Assembly: GCA_965287045.1 (NCBI GenBank)
Contig: OZ336890.1
Span: forward strand, 19,716,001 to 19,780,000
Direction of reading: 5' to 3'
Source: Carcharhinus amblyrhynchos
Taxonomy: Eukaryota
Length of the DNA stretch: 64,000 nt
Numbering within the stretch: position 1 is the first letter of the stretch; each line of letters opens with the position of its first letter. Both the position numbers and the translations under genes were made by a program. Shown here piece after piece: positions 51,340 to 62,910 of the stretch. The notes under the pieces were generated by a model. That model worked only from the letters and a program-made list of their open reading frames with translations. It was not told where the DNA came from and searched no databases.

Positions 51340-52430
51340 CATATATGGTGCAGCATCTTAGGTCAATAATGCTTGACAATCTACTATCTATTCCATCTGG
51401 CACCTTAACCAGTGTGAAACATACCGGCCAAACTTGAAATCTGCTGGCATCTTCTGTGAATCCAGTCCAGCCATCAAGGTTAACATCATATTTTCTAATA
51501 TGATTCGTCTTTTGGAGTCTTTCCCTTTTTGTTCCACTGGTGTCCATCCCATTACCTGCAGGATGTGTGTTCCTTTTTCTATACCATCTGTCCAATCTCT
51601 CATTCCCAGCCCACTTTCTTTCTAATTGGAAATTTGATCACGTTCATTTTATCACTTCTAATCACTCCTCAATTGTCCTTAAAGCGATGCTTTCAACATT
51701 ATCATGGTAAGTTACTATTACCATCCAATTTATCCCTTAACTTGAAAGTTCTGGCCTAATACATGATCACAGCAATACACTTGTGATCTTGTGACCTATG
51801 CCATGCACCTCTGGAACTATTGTCCTGAATACTTTGGTAAATAATCGATTATTTCCTTGGATATCTCTAAAGTTTCTGACAGAATTTGGCACCATACACC
51901 TTTAAACAAATTACCACCATAATAGCCATCACCAATGTTAATGTTTTTCCTGTTTCCTCGAGTCTAGATCATTCTACTTTTGGTACAGCTGATGATTTGT
52001 GTTTTTCTGTCTTTGACGGCACCACCTTTTGTCCTTAGTCTATTACCTCGCCAGACCTTCCCACGTTATATCCACCAATCTTCACCATTACCCACACAGT
52101 TTCCAGTAGCTTTCTATTTTAAAATCTCAAATTTATTTATGTCCAGCAACCCAACTCTACCAATGCGGTGTCTTTGTAAGAACTGAATACTGCTCCCAAA
52201 CTCATAGGTTCGTTGACTGGATACGAGGAATAGTTTTTCAACCGGTGCGTAGTTCTTACGTTCTCCTTCGCTTTCACCCCTCCACTCTCGAATATCCTCG
52301 TCTTTCTTTGTCTTATCAATACTGTTACGATCAGCGCTCCTGAACATGTTTTACAATTGTTTCTTCAAGTAAACCTTTAAGGATGATCTTTCTGTTGCCG
52401 TGAAATCAGAACCACCACATTCTGTAACCT
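51340..52430 (-). mobile_element. Possible decayed retroviral/LTR-element gag fragment
   Basis: Purine-rich coding-like minus strand with broken ORFs; GWTP...ILENMMLTLMAGLDSQKMPADF loosely resembles the gamma/epsilon capsid segment W..RQLLLAGL...PTN. No LTR or PBS confirmed. Confidence 0.3.
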
Positions 52431-52544
52431 TGACATACTGTTTTTCTGTACACAGTGTGAAGAATTTGTAAATCTGTCCCAGCACTGCCATCCTTCCTTC
52501 TAAAATATCCGGACTTTCAAAATTTAAGCTTGGTTTTACCTATC

Positions 52545-52650
52545 CAAACAAAAGGAGAAAATGCTGGAAAATCTCATCAGGCCTGACAGCGTCTATAGAG
52601 AGAACAGAGCCAACATTTCGGGTCTGTATGATCCTTCGTCAGAGCTGAAG
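52545..52650 (-). mobile_element. Penelope-like short insert
   Basis: Same family as 26481; gttttacc on both flanks. Confidence 0.7.
52608..52646 (-). ncRNA. Minimal hammerhead motif (canonical C3-G8 core, partly decayed)
   Basis: Minus strand: AGCU CUGACGA A GGAUC AUACA GACCC GAAA UG UU GGCU. Confidence 0.6.
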
Positions 52651-54889
52651 TTTTACCCATATTTGACCTCATTATTTTCCCGTTTTTCTTTCGGTTTTCC
52701 CCAACTTGATGACATCTTGCACTTTAGGCTTTGGCCTAACATGGTTTCTAATTTTGTTATAAAATATTGGGGATAGATGGATGTCTGATACATTTTATGT
52801 AGCACTTAGTATTTCTGGAAGTTATTCAAGCATGAGTTACTGTCCATTGATAGCTGTCATTTTGTAAGAAAGATGGCCACCCTTTTTCGTACAGCTACAA
52901 TGACCAGTTAATCTGTGTTAGTGGTACTGGTTGAGAGCAAAGGGAATTGGCCACTGGGAGGATCCCTTGTTTGTCTACAAATAGTGCCAGAGGTACCCGG
53001 ACAAGCAGACAAGACACCAATTGCCATATCCCAAACAAAGGCAGCATATTTATCATGGTTGTTACCTCATTGATCCGAATTATGTGCATGGCAGGGGCTT
53101 GAACCTTACGCTCAGTCATAAAACTGAGCCAAGCTGATGTTGACAGACACAGCACACCCAAATTATGTCTGTTGTTGTGTACAGTGTATCTGCGCTGGTT
53201 GCATATCTGTTGCACTTGTGCTACCTGTATATCTACACATATTCTACAATGCAGTGGTGTTCGTGGAGCAAACTATATCCCTGCAATATGCTGCACGTCT
53301 TCAATGAATACACGCCCCTAGTAGACTGTATATGTGTTGTGTATTGGTTAATTAGCCATTTGAATCGGAGTAACGGAAAGTCTGGCAAAATGTTGGAAAA
53401 GGGGAAGGGGAAATGTCTGTTTTCAAAACTATTGTAAGATTGCCATATCATGTGTAAAACTGCGGTAGTTGCTGCCCTTGCCGGGATTGAATGCTCAATC
53501 GCGTGTATTTCCTATCTTTTTGGGAGTTGCAACATTCTGGCAAACAGTTGGGAATTTGCAGCACATGAACAAATTCCCCGCTCCCCAACCCCCAGCGTGG
53601 CATGGGCGGTTTAATAGTCTGCCACATAGGCTCATCTGGAGAGAGCACAGACCTTAGTAGGTGGTGGAGACTGCTCATGCACAAGGATAGAATTTAACTT
53701 CTAAAAGATTTCAGAGATAGGCGATCTGAAGGAGTTGGCGCAGCAACATTATTATCTGCAGAAGCAATGTCAGCGAATGGACATCAGGAAAGAGACGCAA
53801 ATACCTGCTTTCTAATAAATCAAATTACTCACTGAAACACACACACCTATTTTAATGCACTTAGATTCTTTGATAATCTTTTACATTCTTGTCACATATC
53901 TTTAATGAAACGCTCCCCAGTGACAGACATAGAAAAATCTATCAGTACAAACAAAAGTGGTGCTGGGGAACTAACAGAACCACATAAAACCATGGAAATC
54001 CTTGGCGGGCTTTCAGGCGGGCGGCGAACCCGGTCTTTCTCTTTCAGATACTGACTAATCTGTGATATATTTCTGACCTGCACACAGAGTTGTTCAGACA
54101 TGTTTGAATACGCACTAATGGTTAACAGTGAATTCCGCTGCTTAGTGAGGAGGAATTCGGACACGTCGGGTGCTGCAGCAGTTCAAGCGGGCGGGGGAGG
54201 GGGGCTCCACACTAGTTGGAATGAATTCACAAACACTGAAGGTAAATCACACGGTAAATGACAAGCCAGCAAGGAGAAAAAAGATCTGCTTTAACTCCAC
54301 ACCAACTACTTAACACTGACTTTTTTTGCCAATACGCTAATCTTTTCAATGGTGAACTTCTTAAAACAAAGTTTCCGAAGAATCAGCATGTTTCTGTAAT
54401 GGGAATTACTTAAAAAGAGTGCCACGGATTGTTTATTGTCTGGTACACACACAATCGCCCTCCATGGTAAATACGTTGTGGATATGTCTTGGGGTTTGCG
54501 GGCATTCATTAAAGCGATGTTTGGGAGTCAAGGTGATGTCTATTACCCTCCCAACCCCATTGTGCACATTGATTAAGCTGTAAATAAGTCAATCTTAATG
54601 AAAAGGCGTTCTGGCCGCGGGTTGAACAGCTGCCACCAGCCAGGTGATAAAAGGTTAGAAAACGCCGGTGGCTGGACAGGAATCTGGACGGAGATCAGAT
54701 ATTCCTCTGATTATTCAACCATAAATCTGCATCGAGTGCCTGGCTTCCAACGACGGAGGAGAAGAGGACAAAAAAAGAAACCCAAACTCTTTGTGATCAA
54801 AGTGGACTGCAAACTGAAAACAATCCCTGCCCTTGGACAGCCAGCTTTATGAGAATGTGTAGACTATAGCGGCGGCAGCAGGAGCAGGG

Positions 54890-55075
54890 TCAGGGCTGTC
54901 TTTGATCTGTTGAAATGGGTAATGTGTGAACACAATGGCGGTGATGTACACTGGTCATTCCCTGGTGTAATGGGCCGCGTGTTCACTCCATTAAACATCA
55001 AATTCATGCATTAAATTAACAGATTTACAATAACCTTTCATTTTTCTCATTTGATTCAATTATTACGCATCCTTC
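54890..55075. promoter_or_regulatory. Candidate conserved non-coding element with hairpin
   Basis: Non-repetitive, rich in TAAT/ATTA homeodomain-type motifs; inverted repeat gtgaacac (54926-54933) / gtgttcac (54979-54986). Conservation not verified. Confidence 0.4.
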
Positions 55076-57466
55076 CTCGTTTTTCATTGCCTTTATTTGT
55101 CTCTCGCTTCATTGCTCCATTTCCTCCCTACCCGTTACGCCATCACTCCTGTTTCTAGACTCATTTTTGTTTCCTTTCTGCCATTTGCTTCCTTTTCTTC
55201 GTACAGGCTTGCAGCATGGCTAACATTACGGAATTGGCGGAGGCACTAGGGGAAACGACGTGGGTGTTGAGGCGGCGCACAATGAGATACCTTTCCGCTG
55301 TCAAAACTCGACATCCGACTCGGAAAATGGCGTTGAGCTTTGATCATTGAAATTTCCTTTGTGCCCAACGGCGGGGGTGTGGTTGGAAAGGTTGCTGTAT
55401 GGTTTGGGTTTTTTTAAAGATATATTCTGTTCCATCTGTAAATATGCCCTATGATCGTCAGGTACAATGTGCTTGGTGTTCCAGCGTTTATGTTGGTTTC
55501 TCTTCCACGCCAATCCGCCAGAGACTCCCTTGACCGGATGATATAGGATGCAAGAAGACTTTGGAGTGACTTGGATGGGAAGGGGTTTCCAGATCTTTCA
55601 GGCTTCATCAGTAGGTTGTCCAGCACAGATCCAAAGATTGGATTCATTAGCGACCATGCTGGAAATAATACATATAAAAGAGAGATAGTTGAAAAACAAA
55701 CATATTGTTTGGATGTTAAAATCTTTGCCATGTTCCAGAAGCAGCACTGACAACCTCTGTCATTACAAGATCACTGCATGGCAGTGTTTTTCCCATAAAA
55801 TATTTAAATATAATTGGCACCAGATTTCTTTTTGAACTCCAGGCGTTACTTTTATAGATTTCTTAGGTCTAATATAAGGGAAACTTTGGACTTCAAACAT
55901 TGTATGTTTATATCTGTGCATCAGAAAGAAAGTATAAAGACAATTGGCCATAAGTAATGTTTTATTGAAAATGCCTCCTTCTTGCTCAGCAAGTAATAGG
56001 GCAAATGTTTAAGGAATATTCTGGAAGCCAAACCATTCTCCAAATTATAACTGCTGTTATAAAACTCCTTCATTTTTCAGCAGCATAACAGTGCAAAAAA
56101 ACTAATGACAATGAATGTAATCCCTCTTTTTCCCCTGAACACAATAAACCCCAAACTCTAAATGGATGGAATAGTTTAATGATCTGACATGATCTATTTC
56201 GTCTCAGAGAATTTCTAAAATGCATTCTATTATAGAAAGATTTTTGTTAGTTAAGGCTCCTTGCTGAAAGCGAATCTGACAGTGTTAACCTCACAATACT
56301 AGTATACCTGGCTGAACAAAAAGTTACTCTAACCATCCTGCATTGGCATCCATGTATGTTTGAGTTTGTTGAATGAGAGAGTGCGAGAAAATGATACTTG
56401 TACCAAATAAGTAGTGTGTCAGGCATACATTCTCCATGTAGAAAGTTGAATTCTTGACTTCATAGTGAAAAACTGGAAGTATTTTCTATCTTGATGAGAT
56501 GTAGGATGCACTGATACAAACACATGGTATATTTTAAGTTGTTAATTGAAACAAATTTGAATGGGATTAAAAAATAAATTTTGCATCTCCTTGGTGCAAT
56601 CAGTCTTAAAATGACAGTGTTCCACTCTTCTCAACATTAAAATTACACTGTTTGCAAAAGTATTGCCAGAACTGCTTAATATTTGCTTCTCCCATTTCTT
56701 TTTAAAAGTTTTAATATTAAAGATATAATAATTTAGATGATGAATTGATTTCACTGGAATGGAGACTTAGCTGAAAGTGATTCAAGTCTTAAGGACTATG
56801 TACCTAAATGCCAAAGATGGGAACTATTAGCAAGGGAAATAGATTGCAGTCATTGGAACTCAATGACTGTTTCTACTTTGAATACAAAGCATTTGGGAAA
56901 TCCAATACTATAGGGGCTGATTACAGCAGTCCAATTGAAACCTGGTATAGTAACATAACTGTTCTAATGAGAAAGCAAACAGATGTTGTGCCACGACCAA
57001 AGGTGAATGTAAGATAAATATCTTTAATTTTTATGAAGCAGGTTGGCACTAATTGGTTTTGGTTATTGACTTATCTAGTCAAAATCATGAATGAGAATAT
57101 TCATTCATAATTCTTTTAGTTGTCTGTTTCATAGTTTTGATTAAAATGTAATACACATTGCTATTTTGCCAAGAAGGTCGTAGGAAACGGCCCAGTGACA
57201 TTTTGTAGTAACGCTATACCAAGTAAATCTGATAACAGAGAAAATTCATCAGCTTGTGCGTATGGGAGTCTTTTTATGAGTATGACTCATGGTTGGCCAA
57301 CGTCCAGGATGCAAGTGAATTCTGAAGTCCTGCTCAAAAGTTAACGAAATCCAGAAGGAATCCACTATCTATATAATATTTGACTTAATTGTTTATTAAA
57401 TGTAAGTCTTTTCAGGAATAAAATTGACATCACAGGTTTCGGAAAATAGGAATGACTTCCAGGATT

Positions 57467-57705
57467 AAACAGAAAATGCTGGAAATACTCAATAGGCCCG
57501 GTGGCTTCTAGACAGTGAGAAACAGTGTTGACATTTCAGATTGATAACCTTTCGTCAGACTGACAAAACAGTTCAGTTGCAATGAAAGGTCATCTACCTG
57601 AAATGTTCATTTTGTTTCCTTCTCCCTGGATGGTGCCTGACCCGCTGAGTATTTCCAGTATCTTCTGCTTTTATTTCAAATTTCCAGCATTTGCATTATT
57701 TTGCT
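57467..57705. mobile_element. Inverted pair of Penelope-like termini (palindromic element) with two hammerhead motifs
   Basis: cagaaaatgctggaaatactca ... tgagtatttccagtatcttctg; minus strand CTGACGA A AGGTT ATC AATCT GAAATGTC (57527-57560) and a decayed plus-strand copy at about 57579-57610. Confidence 0.75.
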
Positions 57706-57821
57706 ATTGTGAATAACTTGCAAGTGCTATTTCAAAGCACTTAATCAGCAACAGATCATTTGGATTGCCTGGGCATAAAGATTGATTGAAGATGGAGAGG
57801 TGAAAAATGCATTGTTGTGTA

Positions 57822-58146
57822 ATCACAGAAACCCTACAGAAGGAGGCTATTCAGTCCATCAAATCTGCACTGACAACAGTCCCAACCCTGGCCCTATCCC
57901 CACACATTTACTCCACTAATCCCTCTAACCTACATCCTGGGATATTTATGCACAATTTAGCATGACCAATCAATCTAACCTGCACATCTTTGGACTGTGG
58001 GACAAAACTGGAACACCCGGTGGAAACCCATGCAAACATGGGGAGAATGTTCAAACTCCACACAGACAGTGACCTAAGCCGGGAATCAAACTCAGGTCCT
58101 TGGAGCTGTGAGGCAGCAGTGCCAACCACTGTGCCATCATGCCACC
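57822..58146 (-). mobile_element. tRNA-derived SINE (HE1/V-SINE-like)
   Basis: Homologous to 23009-23315. Confidence 0.85.
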
Positions 58147-59304
58147 CAAGAAAGAAGAAGGCAGAAGTGTAGAAGGAAGAAGCTGAAGAGAGAGAGAAAA
58201 AAAAACACCAATCAACATGCATAAAGGATGATGCTGGGTCCAAGTAAACTATGGGCTCATGGAAGCAATGTTTCTGACAGGAATATTTGGCCGAGGTATT
58301 CAGTCATATCTTCCAATGTCTGACTGGAAAATTATGAGGCCACATTAGCAGATTTTTGGGGCTTGATGGCAACTCTTGTGTACAAGAGTTAATCACATTT
58401 TATATCTTTTAATGGTTTACATTTTATATTTGCAAAGTAATGCAAATAATTAAACTTACCATTATGTTTTAGAGCCTCAACCCTGTTATTTTTCTATTAT
58501 TCTTGAAATATGATTTCCCAGAGATTATGCTTACCTTTTTGAAGTCAGTTAGTGATGGATTTGCAGAAAGTTTATTTTTCTGCACATTGTTTTACTTGAC
58601 TTAAGATCACTAAACTGCCTCACCTGAGAAATTAAAATGGATTTCATCAAATTTGCAAAAAAGTATCCTTACACCAGTGTAAATTCTATATTATAGCATA
58701 CAAACAACAGCTTCACATCAGTAATTTATGGAAGTTATTGATAGAATTGTCAACATATCAACAAAGCAATGAAAAATCTGTCTTAAATTTTATCTGAGCT
58801 GGAAAGGTCAGAGTGACCTGCTCTAATACAAAGTAAAGAATGGTTTCTGGAGAAGAGCCAATAGACTTTACATTTTTGATTATTTTTTACTGTAATAGTG
58901 GTTATAGACAATATAAAATCAATGACTTATCTGATACATAGCAAGAGGCTATTAAAATTAACATTACTTTGGGCTGCAAGCTAATCAAGAAGTAAAGATA
59001 ACTTTTTTGTAATATTGTATCACATCACTCAACGATACATCAAAGAACTTAATAACTTTCATTAGGTATTATGCATGCAGCATTATGATGAATGAAAAGT
59101 AAGTTTGTTTTTGGTGACATTGCTTAATGAAAAAAAAAGTAAAGAACTCTCAGTTCTTACAATTTTGTCAGGTGACATTCAGTACCCATTTGAGCCATTG
59201 GGATACTTGAAGAATGATCTCTTTAACAGTGCAGTTGCAATTTTGTAACTGAGGCCAATTATTACTTGGAAGGTGCAAGTCCATGGGGGTAACGGAGCAA
59301 ATGG

Positions 59305-59472
59305 GGTCACAGCGCCAGGGACCTGGGTTCAATTCCCAACTTGGGTGACTGCCTGTGTGGAGTTTGCACATTTTCCCGTGTCTGCATGGGTTTCCTCTGG
59401 GTACTGCGGTTTCCTCCCACTCTCAAAAGATATGCTCGTTAGGTTGATTGGTTATGCTAAACTGTCCCTTAG
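59305..59472 (+). mobile_element. tRNA-derived SINE fragment
   Basis: cacagcgccagggacctgggttcaattccc...gtggagtttgcacatt. Confidence 0.85.
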
Positions 59473-59524
59473 CTTAGAGTACAAATATGCCAATCACAAA
59501 AAGTTGTGCCATATGTTAGCAAGA

Positions 59525-60012
59525 CCATAAAGTAACAAGCAAAGCACTAGGTTTTATTTCTAGAGGGATAGAAAATACTGGTAGGGAAGTTTAATCTGTA
59601 TTGAACATACGTTAGACCACACTTAGAGTACAGTGTGCAGAATCATCTCCATATTAAAAAAACGGATATGGAGGCAGAGGGGAGTGCATTATAGGTGATC
59701 ACCCATTCATGGAATTAGACAGCAGAAGATATTCTGATAATCCACAATTGTTTTAGACTAAGGTGAGGGGAAGTTTCTTCACTCAGTGGTGGTGAACCTT
59801 TGGAATTCTCTTCCTTAGAGGGCTATGGATGTTCAGTTGTTGACTGTATTCAAAGCTGAGCTAGACAGGTTAGTGGAGTCTGACGGAATCAAGAGATGTG
59901 AGGACCAGGCGGTGAAGTGGAGCTGAGATAAAGGAGCACTCATGATCTTACTAGATGGCAGAGTGGGCACTAGGGATCATATAGGCTATTCCTGCTCCTA
60001 TTTCTTATGTGC
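59525..60012 (+). mobile_element. Decayed CR1 3' fragments
   Basis: gttagaccacacttagagtac (VRPHLEY); ttcttcactcag...ctttggaattctcttcc (FFTQ...LWNSLP); tail cctgctcctatttcttatgt. Confidence 0.8.
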
Positions 60013-60264
60013 TTAATGGTTTGTATATTACCTGCACAAAGCTGCATGGCCTGGGAGCAGATGAAAGAGAAAATGAAACATTTTAAGGAATTTGGCAATA
60101 TAATGCAACTCAACAGTAACAGAAATTAGGTAGCAGGTTCAAGGTTACATATTACAAAGTGCTCTCAGTCAACCTGTTTCATGCCATGGTTGCACAAAAA
60201 TTTACAAGTCTCACACTGTATCTCATGCACACCCATACCACAGTGGAAAGAAAGAAGAATGCAA

Positions 60265-60550
60265 TTACATTCATTCAATGTCCTTCATGACATAAATGTC
60301 CTACAGTGCTTTACAGCCAATGAATTACTTTTTGAAGTGTAATCCTTATTGTGATGTTGGAAATATGGCAGCCAATTCAAAAATATTAATTCCAACAATG
60401 AAAAAAATGACTCACTTTTACATGTTGTTGAGGAGTTAATGTTGGTTGGGACATTGAGAGAACTCATTTGCAGATAGTGCTGTGGGCTCACTTATGTCCA
60501 CCTGAGAGGGCAGATGGGGCCTTAGTTTGTTGTCTCATTTGAAAGACAGT
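60265..60550 (-). mobile_element. DeuSINE-like SINE
   Basis: atagtgc...gtccacctgagagggcagatggggcctt...gtctcatttgaaagac resembles the reverse complement of the Deu domain; weaker relatives near 48580-48670, 52880-53140 and 60820-60930. Confidence 0.6.
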
Positions 60551-60964
60551 TTGGTTCACATTCACAACATTAAGTAAAATTGAAAGCCTTGTCATATTGA
60601 TGCATTTCATGGGGGAAGAATTTCTGTGTTGTTTCCCCCATAATTTTGGCAGATTGGTGGAAATGGCTGTTTCTACCATTTCCCTAGGAGTGCCATTAAT
60701 ATCATACAGATAGATTGGGAGAGCTCTGCAGAAACCCCAGGGATGTATCTTATTTAATTCATTGTAATGTCTCCATGATGCATCCACATTGTGATACTAG
60801 CCAGCCACTTGCCTGTTACAGTGTACTTTGAAATAATTATTGTAATGTAGGGAATATGGCAAACAATTTTCAAACAGCAAGAACCCATAAACTACACTAA
60901 ATAAAGGAACAGCTCACCTGCTTTTATGTGTTGATTCTAAATTACTTTTGTTTTTATTGGAGAC

Positions 60965-61648
60965 ATTCCCATGAGCTTGCTACGCTTGTTCTTCTAGGTG
61001 ATAGAGTTCATGGATTTGAAAGATGTTATCAACAGGGCTTTGGTGAGTTGCTGAAGAGTATCTTGTGGATTGAATACACTGCAGCCAGAGTCACCAGTGG
61101 TGGAGGGAGTGAACATCTAATGCTGAATGGAATACCAATCAAAGTAACTGCTTTATCCTGGATAGTACCGAGCATCTTGAGTGTTTTTGGAGCTGCACTT
61201 ATCCAGGAAAGTGGGATAGCACTCCTGACTTTGAAGTGAGCAGGCTTTGGGGAGCAGGAGTTACATTCTGGAGAATACCCAACCTCTAATGTGTTTTCAT
61301 AGCCACAGTATTTTTATGGTTGATTCAAGCAAGCTTCTAGTCAATGATTACCCCCAGGATGGCAGGCTGTAGATTCATTAATGGTAATGCAATTGAATGT
61401 CAAGGGAAGATGGTTAGATTTTCTCTTGTTGGAGATAGTGAATGCTTGGCACTTGTGTGGCATGATTATTGCTTGTCACTTGTCAGCCCAAGCTTAAATG
61501 TCTAGATCTTTCTGAATGTGGGCATGGGTTGCTTTGAATAGAACTGAACATTGTGCGATAATTAGTGAAGATCCTACTTCTGATCTCATGAGTGAAGGAC
61601 ATTGAATATGGTTGGATCCAGGACATTACACTGAGAAACTCCTGCAGA
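60965..61648 (-). mobile_element. Decayed LINE (family of 16616-17545)
   Basis: cacttgtcagcccaagc is the reverse complement of gcttgggctgacaagt (AWADK) at about 16790; further collinear similarity. Confidence 0.75.
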
Positions 61649-62649
61649 TTTGGACAAGAGAAGTTGCCAATAGAATGTCCATTTTAGAGTGCTAAAAATC
61701 AGTTTTATGCTTTCTGATATAATTTGAAAAGAACAACAATGTCAATAGAACTAAAAACTGAAGCATTAAAAAGTAAAAGAAATAGATCCAATAAAATGTA
61801 AAAAAAGGAGAAAGTTTAAAAAATGCAAATAAATTTTAAAAAGTTCCTGGACCAACATCAGCCAGTTTTAAAAACGAAAAACTCAAAGGACCTTTTACTG
61901 CAAACATTTCCACTGAAAACAGAAAACCACAGGCCAGCTGAAGTTAAATAATTCTGGAAATCTTAATGAAACACTTGTGTACCATCAGCAAGAGCTGGCT
62001 GCAATTGCAAAGCTGCCCGGCTGTGAAATACTGGGCTGTGCAATGCAGGGACAGATTTGGCACAAAGCCTACCCATGAGCTTTGCAGACTGCCAGCTCCA
62101 CACAAATGTGCAGCCAGTATATTTCATCGTCAAGTTTCTCCTACAAATCTGCTGCCATGCACATTATGGTTTTCCCTTCCACACCAATGGCGCATTTGTT
62201 GTTGGACTGAACAGCAGTTTATTTTAAGCGACTTTCTCACCGTCCCTAGCTAGGTGGACTGCTCCAAGTGCAAGCGAAAACAGCCAGTGGAAGATGAATG
62301 AGAACTGCTTTGGGTAATTCTCTCATAATGACATATGAGGCAAATGGTAGAGGTTTGATGCGTGCAGAAGACAATGGGTGCCAGTAAATGCCTTACCACT
62401 CCAGCAGGCAGTGTGTCAAAATGCGAGTACATTTACCATTGCATGACCTCAATGTAGGAAACCTTTGGAGAATGACCAAAATCACAATAACTAAAGACAG
62501 ATGTCTAATGTAATACACAATTATTGTCAAATATGCAAATAGGCTAGAAAGAATTATGCTGGGATGTTAAAGGGAAAAACATAGATTTCCTAATAAATAT
62601 TCCAACATCCCTATTTTAGTACATGAAGTTTATCTACATATTTTAATTA

Positions 62650-62910
62650 TTTGATTTCATTTGATTTATCGTCACATGTATACAGTGAAAAGTATTGTTT
62701 CTTACTCGCTATACAGACAAAGCATTCCATTCATAGAGAAGGAAAGGTGAGAATGCAGAATATAGTGTTACTGTCATACCTAGGACGTAGAGAAAGATCA
62801 ACTTAATGTGAAGTATTGGCCTGGGCCTCAGCTCCTCTCTCTGCGACTGGACCCTGAACTTCCTAACCCACAGACTACAATTAGTAAGGATAGGAAACAA
62901 CACCTCCTCC
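62650..62910. mobile_element. Rex1/Babar LINE 3' end (-) fused to an inverted RT fragment (+)
   Basis: 62650-62812 matches 19021-19190; 62817-62910 (+) encodes GLGLSSSLCDWTLNFLTHRLQLVRIGNNTSS. Confidence 0.7.

Larger units (their letters stand above)
23450..55550. promoter_or_regulatory. Broad CpG-retaining domain (probable DNA methylation valley) around CBX4
   Basis: CpG is visibly frequent here and scarce in 1-23.4 kb and 55.6-63.4 kb; repeat copies inside keep CpGs that are TG/CA in outside copies. Not counted computationally. Confidence 0.7.
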
